This document shows positions 9,135 to 19,353 of a DNA stretch of 64,000 nucleotides, piece by piece. The stretch spans positions 1 through 64,000 of the IMG/VR virus record IMGVR_UViG_3300033076_001232, one strand, 5' to 3'. The stretch's first letter is position 1; each line of letters opens with the position of its first letter. The translations under genes were made by a program, and so were the position numbers. Source of the DNA: a virus (taxonomy: Duplodnaviria > Heunggongvirae > Uroviricota > Caudoviricetes). Below the pieces are notes generated by a model. That model made no database searches. It had not been told where the DNA came from and worked only from the letters and a program-made list of their open reading frames with translations.

Positions 9135-9926
9135 ATGCCTAGAAGAAAACCGAAACCGGAGAAAGTTGTCGAGGAAAAAATAAAGGAAAGCCTTGACTCT
9201 ATAATTATGCAGGAAGCTCTGGAGAATATACTTCCTGATAGCGACGAGCTTCCCAGATTAAAAACAACGGATCTGATGGATTTTTCTGGAGAAAAATCTG
9301 CAGCATTGACCGATGCTAAAGCTTTGTTAGATACAATAACAAAATTCTACATGGATGAAACGAGCGTGAGCGAAGCATCCCATGTTGAATTTAAGAAGAA
9401 GATAGATGCGATGAATTTATCTTCTATGATGTTCCAATTAAAATCAGCCCAGCACGCGATAACTAAAATCCTTGAAGAAATAGATTTGGGAAATATGCAC
9501 CCAAGACTTTTTGAAGTTCTTGCACAACTACAATCACAGATTATGCAGATGCCTAAGGATTATCAGGCATATCTGGAAAAGATGGAGCAGAACTACAAGA
9601 AAACTAGAATTGAGGTTGATGAAAAGAAACACTCAAGAGGGATAGTTATAGACCAGGAAAGCGGAGACGGAAATGTTTATACACCTAACAGTTCACTCAC
9701 TTCAGATGGGGGATTGAAATCTAGAGGAACTAGAGGTATTATGGAGGGACTTAGAGATATTATAGGATCCGAGGTGGTTGACATAAAACCCGAGGTGATT
9801 GATCCCAATGCGGTAGTAAACGCTAGAGAGAAAAAAATAATAGATGCTCAGAATCCGAATAGAACAGACTCTGACGATAAGGTTGATGTGGATGATTTTT
9901 CAATAGAGGATGATATCTTAGAATAA
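9135..9926 (+). CDS. Terminase small subunit (gp16-like)
   Basis: Helical core with HPRLFEVLAQL (compare gp16 HPRAYEV); translationally coupled to the large subunit. Confidence 0.65.
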   Translation: MPRRKPKPEKVVEEKIKESLDSIIMQEALENILPDSDELPRLKTTDLMDFSGEKSAALTDAKALLDTITKFYMDETSVSEASHVEFKKKIDAMNLSSMMFQLKSAQHAITKILEEIDLGNMHPRLFEVLAQLQSQIMQMPKDYQAYLEKMEQNYKKTRIEVDEKKHSRGIVIDQESGDGNVYTPNSSLTSDGGLKSRGTRGIMEGLRDIIGSEVVDIKPEVIDPNAVVNAREKKIIDAQNPNRTDSDDKVDVDDFSIEDDILE

Positions 9927-11746
9927 TGGAAAATAGCATAGAGAAAATAGAACAGATAGAAACCTCCCATTGGTCAACTGCAAGGGTCGAAGAACTTCTG
10001 CGTAAAGTTGACGAGGAAGGATTGGATTATAAGTCTATAGATAACCCTTTCCATGATAATGATCCTGAATTAAAAAGAGCTAATGTCCTATGGGAGTACA
10101 CCAGAGAAGAAATTCTCGAAATGAAGAAATGTGCTGAGGATGTTACATATTTTGCTAAGTATTGTAAGGTAATGACTGATATGGGATTGGATTATATCCG
10201 ATTAAGAGATTATCAAGGATCGGTACTTAGAGAATATCAAAACAATAGATTCAACATATTTTTAGCACCCAGACAGGTTGGTAAATCAATTACGTCTTCT
10301 ATAATATTGGTTTGGTACTTGCTTTTCAATCACGATAAAAATGCGATGATCCTGGCGAACGTTGGTGACACTGCTGAAGAGTTAATGGACAAGATAAAGG
10401 CAATCATCAAAGGGCTTCCTTTTTATATGAAACCCGGTATGGTTGTTAATAATGTGATGACCATGAGGTTTGACAATGGATGTAGAGTATTAGCTAAAAC
10501 TACCACTAAAACTTCAGGTATTGGTTTTACTATACATTTTCTATACATGGACGAGTTTGCTCACATTAATGCAAACTTTATTGAGGCTTTCTTTAGATCA
10601 ACATATCCAACGGTATCTTCGTCCAAGGTTTCCAGAATTATTATTACCTCCACACCAAACGGGATGAATAAATTCTATGAAATTTATCAAGGTGCTCTAA
10701 ACGGTGAAAACAGCTTCAATCCAATAAGAGTAGATTGGTGGCAGGTTCCTGGAAGGGATGACGATTGGAAAAAAAGAGAGATTGGTAACTTAGGTAGTGA
10801 AGAACTTTTTAATCAGGAATACGGTAATCAATTTTTAAGCTCGTCAAGTCTTCTACTTGGCTCAGATGAGCTTAGAAAAATAAGAAATAATGAGGTTGAA
10901 TATCAGTGGAGAGAACTTTCAAATCTTCATTATGCTGATGTTAATTATGAGAATCTTATATGGCATCCCAAGTTTGATCTCGATAAAGCTAATCAGCCGG
11001 GTAAAAAATTCATCCTTTCAGTAGATCTTAGCAGCGGTGCCAAAGGGGATTTTACAGTTATAAATATTTTTAAAGTTACCCCTCTTCCAAAATATGTCAT
11101 AGAAAAAATGGAGGAGTATGAGGACGAATCTGATTTCTTTGGTCTTGTTCAGGTTGGGGTTTTTCGTGATAATGAGATAAAGCTTGAGGATTTCACAAAA
11201 CTCCTACAGATCCTATGTTCTGAAATATTTGAGGTTGATAGGGTTAAAATAGCTCTCGAGATGAACTATAAAGGTGAGCTAGTTTATGATAAACTTTCAC
11301 AGAGGGATGATTTCTATGATGAGATGTTTTTGTTTACTAAACACACAGAAGCAGCCAGAGTTTTAAAACCTGGTATTAAGTACAACGAGAAGAATAAAAT
11401 GAAGTACTGTGAACTTCTCAGAAGCTTAATAAGAAGGGATAGGGTTTTAGTTAATGAAAAGAAATGGACTATACCGGAGCTTTTTACATTTGGTCTTAAT
11501 AATTCAGGTACATATTCAAGTCAGAGCGGACATGATGATGTTGCAATGACACTGGTCAATCTCCCTGGGCTGTTTGATGGTTATGATTTTAATCAAATAG
11601 TAGGTGAGGTATTTGACGAATTGGAAGAGAATTCCTACAAAGATATGATCATTAAGAAACTCGAGTCCGGATTTAATGGAGAAGATGAAAACGGATTCTC
11701 TACCAAAGATGGAAAGAGCTACGGAGATTTTAACAATCTGTTATAA
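9926..11746 (+). CDS. terL: Terminase large subunit (T4 gp17-like)
   Basis: LRDYQ, Walker A PRQVGKS, Walker B YMDEFAH, TSTPNG, nuclease SVDLS and GHDD motifs. Confidence 0.96.
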   Translation: MENSIEKIEQIETSHWSTARVEELLRKVDEEGLDYKSIDNPFHDNDPELKRANVLWEYTREEILEMKKCAEDVTYFAKYCKVMTDMGLDYIRLRDYQGSVLREYQNNRFNIFLAPRQVGKSITSSIILVWYLLFNHDKNAMILANVGDTAEELMDKIKAIIKGLPFYMKPGMVVNNVMTMRFDNGCRVLAKTTTKTSGIGFTIHFLYMDEFAHINANFIEAFFRSTYPTVSSSKVSRIIITSTPNGMNKFYEIYQGALNGENSFNPIRVDWWQVPGRDDDWKKREIGNLGSEELFNQEYGNQFLSSSSLLLGSDELRKIRNNEVEYQWRELSNLHYADVNYENLIWHPKFDLDKANQPGKKFILSVDLSSGAKGDFTVINIFKVTPLPKYVIEKMEEYEDESDFFGLVQVGVFRDNEIKLEDFTKLLQILCSEIFEVDRVKIALEMNYKGELVYDKLSQRDDFYDEMFLFTKHTEAARVLKPGIKYNEKNKMKYCELLRSLIRRDRVLVNEKKWTIPELFTFGLNNSGTYSSQSGHDDVAMTLVNLPGLFDGYDFNQIVGEVFDELEENSYKDMIIKKLESGFNGEDENGFSTKDGKSYGDFNNLL

Positions 11747-11791
11747 AGGGGATATTTATCCAACCTCCCCAATAAATCCGATTTCTGTTTT

Positions 11792-11799
11792 GATATATA
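11792..11799 (+). promoter_or_regulatory. Class III late promoter GATATATA
   Basis: Upstream of the sheath ATG at 11828. Confidence 0.7.
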
Positions 11800-11827
11800 G
11801 TCTAGAAGCAAAAATATCTTTAATATA

Positions 11828-14800
11828 ATGGCAAATAAGGTAAAAATAGACTATTCTCAGTTTAGAGCATCCGGAGTCTACACCCTGGAGTTTGACGCGT
11901 CACAAAACGTGATCTTAACTTCACAGACAATTCGTCTAGTTGTAGGGTTTTCTAACAAGGGTCCATTCAACACACCAGTTTATATCCCGGACGTAACTAC
12001 TCTAATTTCTATTTTTGGCGACATCGATAGATCATTAGAAAACAAGGGATCTTTTTTCCAAAGATCCATATTAACATGTTTGAATGCAGGCCCAGTGTTT
12101 GCTTTAAACCTTTTAAGACTTAATGACGATTTGGAGTCAGCTAATCCGGATGAGGTAGACTATCAGGCATATTCACTTGATACCGAGGAATATAATGGTG
12201 TAGTAACAAGTAAGTTATATTCATCATACTATAACAAGGAAAGATTCTGGTTCGCAGATCCTAATTATTTCCTTGCAACTCTTAGCGTTGCAGATCAGGG
12301 TAAATTATTTAGCTTGGTTAATTTAGGTAAATCCCCGATGAGTATCATTACTAGAAAATCGACGGATTCGTCAAAACCACTTAAGGGTTATGATATCTTT
12401 GCTATAGATTGGTATGGAGCAGATAACGTTCCTAGCTTTATGCACCCTTATGATTACATGTCCGATTATTTCATTGACGTAATCGCTGTCTATGGAGATT
12501 GGACAAACTATCAAGCTCTCTCCATTGATCCTAAGTGGAGTACTTACTTTACTGAAAACGGGTTCATTAAAAGCCGTATAGACAACTTTTTAGCTGAACC
12601 TGATGTTTCCATTGTTACTTCTGTTACAGGCTGTATTATACCAGATTTCGTTGATTTAAATGGTGTTAATCAATACATCCAAACACTCATAAACAATAGC
12701 ACACCTTCTACGGGATTATTCTGTGCTATAGACGAACAATCATTTGATGATATCTGTGCTAATGGATCTAAAATAGATCTTGTTGGTAATCACCTTATTG
12801 ACGAATTAACAGGAGACAGTGATTTACCGAGTCCGAGAATTAATTTCTTAAGTTACGATCAGGTTCTAGTAGCTGACTACTTATACAGTCAAAATGTAGT
12901 AGGTGTTACTGGAGCAACAGGATTTGTAAGTGCAACCGGAGCAACAGTTTATACAGCTGGTGCTAAAGTAGGTACTCTCTACACGTTAACCGGAGTTACT
13001 GGAGCAACCGCAGGTATTGTTTATCAATCTTTTGCAGCTTATGATCCTGCTTCTTTCGACGGAGGTCTTCACTATCTACAAACTTCAGGAACCGGTGGAA
13101 CTGCAGGGTATATTCAAACAGCAGCACAGAAGAATGAATTAAAAACTTTCTTGACAGTAAATTCTTCTAATGATCAGAAGTTTATCCTTGGTGTCGTATC
13201 TGGTTACACTGGTGGTTTAACTGGTGCATTGGTTAACCAATTCTCCGAAGGTGACTTAGTTAAATTAAAAGTAACTGGAACTAAAGATGTTAGCGGGGAA
13301 TTAAGAATATTCTTTACTCACCCTCTAGATACTGGTTTCTACAGATCTCAAGGTATTACAGTAACGCCAACTTATAATCTTACTTCTTATAATACTGGTG
13401 CTTCTGGAAGTAATCAACCTTTCTACACTAATGCTTACCAATTTGGTAACTCTGATTATGTTGATATAGTTAGTACAGCTACACCTGGTGGTGTAACTGG
13501 TCCAAATGCTCCACTTGGGGTTTCTAACGTACTAGTAGGATATAATGCTTCAGAATTATACCAAGATAATAAATATGCTAACATTGCAGATGGTGATATC
13601 ATATGGCTTAACGATACCGGATCAAGTGTTCAATATCTAGGATTCGAAGAAACAGTTGACCGTGATCAATTTAACTTTGTTAATACCAGAGCGTTTACCA
13701 ATGTTTCTTTAGCAGACACTACAATAACCAATATAACCGGATTCGGTACAGCTTATGCTTCTAATAACGTTGGTTTACCTGTATCTACTCAGGCTATTGA
13801 TATAGTTTCTCAAGAGGGATCAATAAATGAATTTGTTGATTGTACTAAGATAGACGTAACAACTTTCCTAGTAACTCAAGATGTTAATGGAAACGCTCCT
13901 TTCTCTGTTGGTGATTTGGTAGTTTCTACTGATTTAGACATATGCGATCCTGCAACAGGAAATAGACAAAATAGATTAGCTAAAATTACTACAGTTTCTG
14001 CAACTACTACAGCTGGAACTTATAGAGTTACTTCTGCAAGACCGGTTCTTTATTATACTGCAGGATCTGGTGTAAGAGTTCAGAAATTTAAATCTATAGC
14101 TCAATTCACAAGATCATTTGACTTCACTTACCTAAGTGGATTTACAATGACCGAATGGCATAGACCAAATGGAAGCGATGCTAGAATATCCGAGATATTG
14201 GATGTTATGTACAATACTAATATTGCAAAAACCCTAGCAGCTAAGGACGTTATATCTTACCGATATATCGTAGATACTTTCTCCGGTCAGATCTTACCTA
14301 ATACTAAGTACCAGCTTTCTAGGTTGGCTAAATTAAGACAACAAGCTTTAGCTATCATTAATGCTCCTTCAATGGCTCAATTTAGAGCTAGCACTGATCC
14401 TAGATTTACTGATGCACCTACTGCAGCTAATCCTTATCCAAGATTAAATACGGCTTATATTGCAGACGGCGGTAACTTATCTTTAAATCCAACATACACA
14501 TTTAGCTTACCTACTGAAGATGATGGTGCTAAATATGCGGCATTCTATTCTCCTTATATTACTGTAAGAGAGTCAAATAGAAACGTCGAGGTTCCACCAG
14601 CAGCTTATGTTTCTAATAACTTCCTTAGAAAGTTTGCTAACGGAGAACCTTATGCGATTATAGCAGGTCAAAAAAGAGGGGTTATAAGTGGAGGAAACAT
14701 CGTAGGTGTTGAATATGACTTTACTGAAGAAGATAGAGGAAATCTAGAACCTTTTGGAATTAACCCAATTATAAAAAGAAGAGGAATTGGAGTGGTTATC

Positions 14801-15178
14801 TTCGGTAACCAAACTGCTTATCAGCAGGTTAATTCCGCATTCAACTTGGTTCACGTAAGAGACTTATTAATTAGCGTAGAGAATGACGTACAAGAAATTC
14901 TTGCTAACTACTTATTTGACTTTAACGAGGATTCAATTCGTCTAGAAATTAAAACATTAGTAGATAATTACTTAGATGGAGTTAGAGCCGGTGGAGGTAT
15001 TTACGCATACCAAACAATCATGGACGCTTCTAACAACACTCCAGCAATTATCGATATGAATATGGGTATTATCGATGTTATCATCGAACCAGCAAGAGGA
15101 ATTCAGAAGTTCATTAACAGAATTACAGTTACTAGAACAGGTGGAATCGCTTCTGGAGGATTTATCCAATTCGTATAA
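11828..15178 (+). CDS. Contractile tail sheath protein (gp18-like) with large insertion
   Basis: SGVYTLEFD..., GFSNKGPFNTP, VPPAAYV, AGQKRG, GINPI, FGNQT, VRDLL, FDFN motifs. Confidence 0.93.
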   Translation: MANKVKIDYSQFRASGVYTLEFDASQNVILTSQTIRLVVGFSNKGPFNTPVYIPDVTTLISIFGDIDRSLENKGSFFQRSILTCLNAGPVFALNLLRLNDDLESANPDEVDYQAYSLDTEEYNGVVTSKLYSSYYNKERFWFADPNYFLATLSVADQGKLFSLVNLGKSPMSIITRKSTDSSKPLKGYDIFAIDWYGADNVPSFMHPYDYMSDYFIDVIAVYGDWTNYQALSIDPKWSTYFTENGFIKSRIDNFLAEPDVSIVTSVTGCIIPDFVDLNGVNQYIQTLINNSTPSTGLFCAIDEQSFDDICANGSKIDLVGNHLIDELTGDSDLPSPRINFLSYDQVLVADYLYSQNVVGVTGATGFVSATGATVYTAGAKVGTLYTLTGVTGATAGIVYQSFAAYDPASFDGGLHYLQTSGTGGTAGYIQTAAQKNELKTFLTVNSSNDQKFILGVVSGYTGGLTGALVNQFSEGDLVKLKVTGTKDVSGELRIFFTHPLDTGFYRSQGITVTPTYNLTSYNTGASGSNQPFYTNAYQFGNSDYVDIVSTATPGGVTGPNAPLGVSNVLVGYNASELYQDNKYANIADGDIIWLNDTGSSVQYLGFEETVDRDQFNFVNTRAFTNVSLADTTITNITGFGTAYASNNVGLPVSTQAIDIVSQEGSINEFVDCTKIDVTTFLVTQDVNGNAPFSVGDLVVSTDLDICDPATGNRQNRLAKITTVSATTTAGTYRVTSARPVLYYTAGSGVRVQKFKSIAQFTRSFDFTYLSGFTMTEWHRPNGSDARISEILDVMYNTNIAKTLAAKDVISYRYIVDTFSGQILPNTKYQLSRLAKLRQQALAIINAPSMAQFRASTDPRFTDAPTAANPYPRLNTAYIADGGNLSLNPTYTFSLPTEDDGAKYAAFYSPYITVRESNRNVEVPPAAYVSNNFLRKFANGEPYAIIAGQKRGVISGGNIVGVEYDFTEEDRGNLEPFGINPIIKRRGIGVVIFGNQTAYQQVNSAFNLVHVRDLLISVENDVQEILANYLFDFNEDSIRLEIKTLVDNYLDGVRAGGGIYAYQTIMDASNNTPAIIDMNMGIIDVIIEPARGIQKFINRITVTRTGGIASGGFIQFV

Positions 15179-15200
15179 TTTACGAGTTTTAAGAAGGGCA

Positions 15201-15208
15201 GATAAATA
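15201..15208 (+). promoter_or_regulatory. Class III late promoter variant GATAAATA
   Basis: Immediately upstream of tail tube 1. Confidence 0.6.
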
Positions 15209-15217
15209 TAACTAATT

Positions 15218-15772
15218 ATGGCAGGATTATCTCACTTTTCGAATTCATTATCAGCAGTAAACAAGTTTGAACCTGTTTACCTGAATCAATTTGAAGTTAC
15301 TATCATCCCACCAGCAGCTGTTGCTGGCGGTGAGATACTACTTCAACACGTTTCCAAAGTAAGTGGACTTTCTTTGGATAAAAACCCGGGATTGGCAACT
15401 CAGAAATTTAAGTTTGCTAAGAGGAACTACGCAGGTGCTAAACCTGACCAGACATTTATGGATTTAAGTGTCAGCTTCTCCGTAAACTTAAATGATGACA
15501 ATTCGATGTATGTGTTTAAAACACTAAGACAGTGGTCGGATCTGATCTACAATCCTCTTACTGGTGCAATGGGTCTTAAAAATGATTACGTTGGAACTAT
15601 CGTAGTCAACATCTTCAATAAACAAGGTGACGTCTTTAGAAGAATCACTTGTAAAGATTGTTTCCTTACTAAGCCAATTTCACCAATGAACCTAAACTAC
15701 ACTTCAACAGATCTTTACAAGATTGATGATATGGTATGGGCGGTTGATTATTGGGAGGATTTGTTCCTATAA
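15218..15772 (+). CDS. Tail tube protein, copy 1 (gp19-like)
   Basis: Follows the sheath; NQFEV, YAG, LRQWSDLIYNPLTG, DYW pattern. Confidence 0.85.
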   Translation: MAGLSHFSNSLSAVNKFEPVYLNQFEVTIIPPAAVAGGEILLQHVSKVSGLSLDKNPGLATQKFKFAKRNYAGAKPDQTFMDLSVSFSVNLNDDNSMYVFKTLRQWSDLIYNPLTGAMGLKNDYVGTIVVNIFNKQGDVFRRITCKDCFLTKPISPMNLNYTSTDLYKIDDMVWAVDYWEDLFL

Positions 15773-15787
15773 AAAACACTTAAATAA

Positions 15788-16363
15788 ATGGCAGGATTAC
15801 CACACTTTACTAATTCTAAAGCAGCTATAAACAATTATGAACCGGTTTATCTAAACCAGTTTGAGGTTATTATTAATCCTCCTGCTGGAATAGTTGATGC
15901 TGCTACTACTTTCAATGGAGAAGGTATATTATCTCAGCAAGTTAAGTCTATAACTGGTCTTGCGGTAGATATAGCACCTGCAGCTACAGTAGAACAAAAC
16001 TATAAGTTCGCAACTAGAAGATACGCTGGTGGCGAACCATCTACCAGTGATATGACTTTATCTATGGAATTTGAGGTCAACTTAAATGATCAAAATTCCA
16101 TGACAGTTTACAAGGTTCTTAGACAGTGGTCAGATTTAATCTACAATCCTCTAACAGGTGCGATGGGTATCAAATCAGATTATGTCGGATCTATGGTAAT
16201 TCAGGTATTTAATAAGAGAGGTGACGTATTTAGAAGAATCAGAATACCTTCTTGCTTCTTAAGTGAAGCTATAAATCCAATGGAACTAGATTATGAATCT
16301 GCATCGATATACAGTCTTAGCGCTAGTTGGATATGTGATTATTGGGAAGATATCTTCTTATAA
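15788..16363 (+). CDS. Tail tube protein, copy 2 (paralog)
   Basis: Shares EPVYLNQFEV, LRQWSDLIYNPLTGAMG, GDVFRRI and DYWED with copy 1. Confidence 0.85.
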   Translation: MAGLPHFTNSKAAINNYEPVYLNQFEVIINPPAGIVDAATTFNGEGILSQQVKSITGLAVDIAPAATVEQNYKFATRRYAGGEPSTSDMTLSMEFEVNLNDQNSMTVYKVLRQWSDLIYNPLTGAMGIKSDYVGSMVIQVFNKRGDVFRRIRIPSCFLSEAINPMELDYESASIYSLSASWICDYWEDIFL

Positions 16364-16385
16364 TAATATAGGATGAAAAAAATTG

Positions 16386-16417
16386 AAAAAAAAGAGGCTA
16401 TTTTGGCCTCTTTTTTT
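16386..16417 (+). terminator. Intrinsic terminator
   Basis: aaaaaaaagaggc-tattttg-gcctc-ttttttt after the tube genes. Confidence 0.85.
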
Positions 16418-16451
16418 GTTTCCTGTTATATAATAGAAAAACATAAGATAT

Positions 16452-17564
16452 ATGGATAATGGACTATCGCCTGAAGAAATTCTAAGAAGAAAAGAAATAG
16501 AGGGTGGAATTGAATATGATGATCCGAAACCAGCAGAAGAAAAACCTGAAGAAATTCAGTCTTCTCCGTCTACTATTTCACACATCGAGAAAGAAGAAAC
16601 GGCTAAAATAGAACCAATAGGTCCTGCTCATAACGTTCAGGATAAAAAAATGAACGTATTAGGAGTAAACGAATCCGTTAATAGAACATCATTCGGTAAA
16701 GCTCAGAGTGTTAGCGAATCCCCGGCTTTTGACAGTGGGTGGAAAAATCTTCCTGTTACGCTTCTTCCCTCTAGCGGTATCTTTTATCCAGAAAAAACCC
16801 GGATTGCTATCCGTGCAGCTGAAGTTAAAGAGATTCGACATTTTTCTACTATCGACGAGGATGACCAATTAGATATAGAAGAGAAGCTAAGCTATATTTT
16901 GGATAGATGTTTTAGAATGGATTTTCCTGGTGAGGGCGTAGTTTCATATAAAGATCTTAAGCAAGAGGACAGATTTTTTGTTATTATGGCAATAAGGGAT
17001 CTTACCTTTGTTAGAGGAGAGAATTCGATTATGCTTGGGGTTAAGAAAAAATGTAGGGAAACACCAGAATGTCCATTTAGTGATGGCATAGAACTAAGAA
17101 CGGGAGTCCTTAGTTCCTATGAGATAGATCGGGACATTATGAAATACTATAATCCTGAGACTAGAAGCTTTATCTTTACTATTAAAAAAACGGGTAAGAA
17201 TATAGAGATGACAATTCCTAGTATAGGTGTTACTCAGGCTATTACTGAATTCGTAAGAAATGAATACAAAAGAAATAATATAGTCGACGAAGGATTTATT
17301 AAAATTGCTCCTTTTATTTTTTCCGAGTGGAGAGATCTAACCCCAGATAAGATCAGAATTAAATCTAAAGAATCTGATTTTTGGTCGAAAGAGGAATACA
17401 GCTTATATTTCGGTCTTTCTGAAAAGATCAAGATAGGAACTAGCTTAGAAGCTAAACAGAAATGTCATATATGCGGTGATGAGGAGGTCACCGCTGATAT
17501 TACCTTTCCCGGAGGGATCAGATCTCTTTTCCTTATTTCAGATATCTTTAGAGAACTTCTTTGA
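16452..17564 (+). CDS. Baseplate hub / tail assembly chaperone (gp26-like)
   Basis: LLPSSGIFYP..IRAAEVKE..., D..F...AIRDLT and Cys pairs (CRETPEC, CHICG); sits after the tubes. Confidence 0.7.
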   Translation: MDNGLSPEEILRRKEIEGGIEYDDPKPAEEKPEEIQSSPSTISHIEKEETAKIEPIGPAHNVQDKKMNVLGVNESVNRTSFGKAQSVSESPAFDSGWKNLPVTLLPSSGIFYPEKTRIAIRAAEVKEIRHFSTIDEDDQLDIEEKLSYILDRCFRMDFPGEGVVSYKDLKQEDRFFVIMAIRDLTFVRGENSIMLGVKKKCRETPECPFSDGIELRTGVLSSYEIDRDIMKYYNPETRSFIFTIKKTGKNIEMTIPSIGVTQAITEFVRNEYKRNNIVDEGFIKIAPFIFSEWRDLTPDKIRIKSKESDFWSKEEYSLYFGLSEKIKIGTSLEAKQKCHICGDEEVTADITFPGGIRSLFLISDIFRELL

Positions 17565-17739
17565 TATTAAGTTTAGGCTTTGGTATGAACATAAGATAGA
17601 TCCAGAATGGCTAGAATCAATACCTTTCTATGAATATCAAATATGGATCGATAAACTTAATTCTACGATAGAAAAAGAAAATGCAGAGGCCCAAGCTGAG
17701 GGAGGGGTTACACAGTTATTTAGTTTTACATCTAAATAA
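17476..17739 (+). CDS. gp51-like small assembly protein (start uncertain, possible frameshift product)
   Basis: SLENFFDIKFRLWYEHKIDPEWLESIPFYEYQIWI resembles the gp51 pattern; overlaps the upstream gene by 89 nt. Confidence 0.6.
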   Translation: MMRRSPLILPFPEGSDLFSLFQISLENFFDIKFRLWYEHKIDPEWLESIPFYEYQIWIDKLNSTIEKENAEAQAEGGVTQLFSFTSK

Positions 17740-17761
17740 AACTATCTAAATATATACAGAT

Positions 17762-19288
17762 ATGTCAGATCCTAAACTAACAGCTCAGATGCTAGATCTC
17801 AGTAGAAACATTGAGAAGCTTACCGGTGCGGTAAAAACAAATACCGAGAGTTCAGAAAAACTGGAGAAATCAAATGTTGAGTCGGAGAAGGGACTAAAAG
17901 ATACTGTTTCTAAGTTAGGCGGGGATCTAAAAAATCTGGATTTTAAATCTTTATCCAAAGAATTCGAAGGAGTTACTAAAAGTATCAAGGGTCTTGACTT
18001 TAAAAAATTAGGCGAAGATTTTAAAGGAATAACAAAATCATTCGGTGACGTAGGTAAAAATCTAGGTGAAATTAAAAGTCTAAAGGATCTTCCTAAGAGT
18101 TTTGGTGACATATCCAAATCATTTGGAGGAATAAAAGATTTAACCAAGAATTTTGAGGGAGCAGCCAAAGGTCTCGAAGGTGCAGGGAAAATCAAAGATA
18201 TTGTATCCGGAGGATTTGGCAAAAAAATACTAGGAGCATTTGCTCAGGGAGGGCCTGTTCCTGAAAGCGGAAGTTATCTAGTTGGGGAGAAAGGACCGGA
18301 AATAGTTAAATTAGAAGGTGGTAGCACGGTGGTACCTAACGATAAGCTAGTTAGTGCGGATCAGCAGCTTTCTGAGAAAAGAGGTCCTAGTGAAAAACAG
18401 ATAGAAAGATATAAGAAGTATCTTTTAAATAATAGTCCCGATTACTACTCAGAATTCCCTGATGAATTGGATTATGATATTAAAGAGTGGATAGACAGTA
18501 CCAAATATCAGAAGGAATCAACAATAGATAGTTTATTAGAAGGAAGGGGAGAGGAAACGTTTACTAAAGAGGACGTAGCTAAGCTATCCTCCCCTGTTTC
18601 TCCAGCCAAGCCACCCATTACAGTAGAGGAAGAATTAACTAAATCTGAAAAGAGGAAAAAGGAAAGGGAGGAAAAAAAATTAGCTAAAGAAAAATCTAAA
18701 GCTGAAAAGAAAGCAGAGGGACTGGAAACTAAAAAAGAGGGTAAGGGGAATCTTGGCTCTCTCGGAGAAACCTCTAAATCCGCTCTGAGTGAACTTAAGA
18801 AAAATTCAGGATCTCTTATAGAGAAAGCTACTGACATAGGAGGTGGAATACTATCCAAAAATATCGAGAACCCTCTATTAAAAAAAGCTGGAGAAGCAGG
18901 ATTAAAATCATCTGCCGAGGCTCTTAAGAAAACAATAGAAAAACCTAAAGCTGTATCTAATATTACCCCGCTTAAAAGTCCGGCACCTAAGCCTTCTGAA
19001 TCACAAGAGAAAAAAGCGGATCAGATTTCAGCAGAAAATAAAAAGACTGAAGAGACTAAACCCGCATCTTCGACATCAGCATCCACCGAATCTAGTAGTG
19101 GATCTAAATCCGAATCTAAAACCGGAACAGGAAATGAAAAAAGTTCATCTAAAGGTGAAACAAATATGTCAAAAGCCGATATAGATGATATGAAATCGGC
19201 ATTATTTAGAATAGCTTCCCTTCTCGAGGGAACTTTGATGGTTTCCCCGATTGAATCCCCTTACAGACCAAATTCAAAAAGAATCTAA
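17762..19288 (+). CDS. Tape-measure-like / baseplate hub protein
   Basis: Amphipathic K/F/G repeats, then FAQGGPV..SYLVGEKGPEIV, a motif common in tape measure proteins. AATATATA lies at 17749. Confidence 0.55.
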   Translation: MSDPKLTAQMLDLSRNIEKLTGAVKTNTESSEKLEKSNVESEKGLKDTVSKLGGDLKNLDFKSLSKEFEGVTKSIKGLDFKKLGEDFKGITKSFGDVGKNLGEIKSLKDLPKSFGDISKSFGGIKDLTKNFEGAAKGLEGAGKIKDIVSGGFGKKILGAFAQGGPVPESGSYLVGEKGPEIVKLEGGSTVVPNDKLVSADQQLSEKRGPSEKQIERYKKYLLNNSPDYYSEFPDELDYDIKEWIDSTKYQKESTIDSLLEGRGEETFTKEDVAKLSSPVSPAKPPITVEEELTKSEKRKKEREEKKLAKEKSKAEKKAEGLETKKEGKGNLGSLGETSKSALSELKKNSGSLIEKATDIGGGILSKNIENPLLKKAGEAGLKSSAEALKKTIEKPKAVSNITPLKSPAPKPSESQEKKADQISAENKKTEETKPASSTSASTESSSGSKSESKTGTGNEKSSSKGETNMSKADIDDMKSALFRIASLLEGTLMVSPIESPYRPNSKRI

Positions 19289-19291
19289 CAA

Positions 19292-19325
19292 AATTTTTTT
19301 TTCTCTAAGTGAATAGTTACATTTG
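19292..19325 (+). promoter_or_regulatory. Class I (putative early, host sigma) promoter: AATTTTTT ... TAnnTTTG
   Basis: TACATTTG at 19318 (repeated at 19332) matches the Bacteroidota -7 element; AATTTTTT starts 26 nt before it. Confidence 0.65.
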
Positions 19326-19353
19326 GTAAACTACATTTGGAGAGCATTTTTAT

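Noticed and set aside
9926-11746. Intron or intein in the terminase (portal, MCP and ligase also checked)
   Set aside because: The ORFs are continuous and of ordinary size, with no intein or homing-endonuclease motifs seen.
17785-18858. Minus-strand ORFs here and similar ones across the window
   Set aside because: Antisense shadows of + strand genes; S/F/L-rich with no motifs or promoters.
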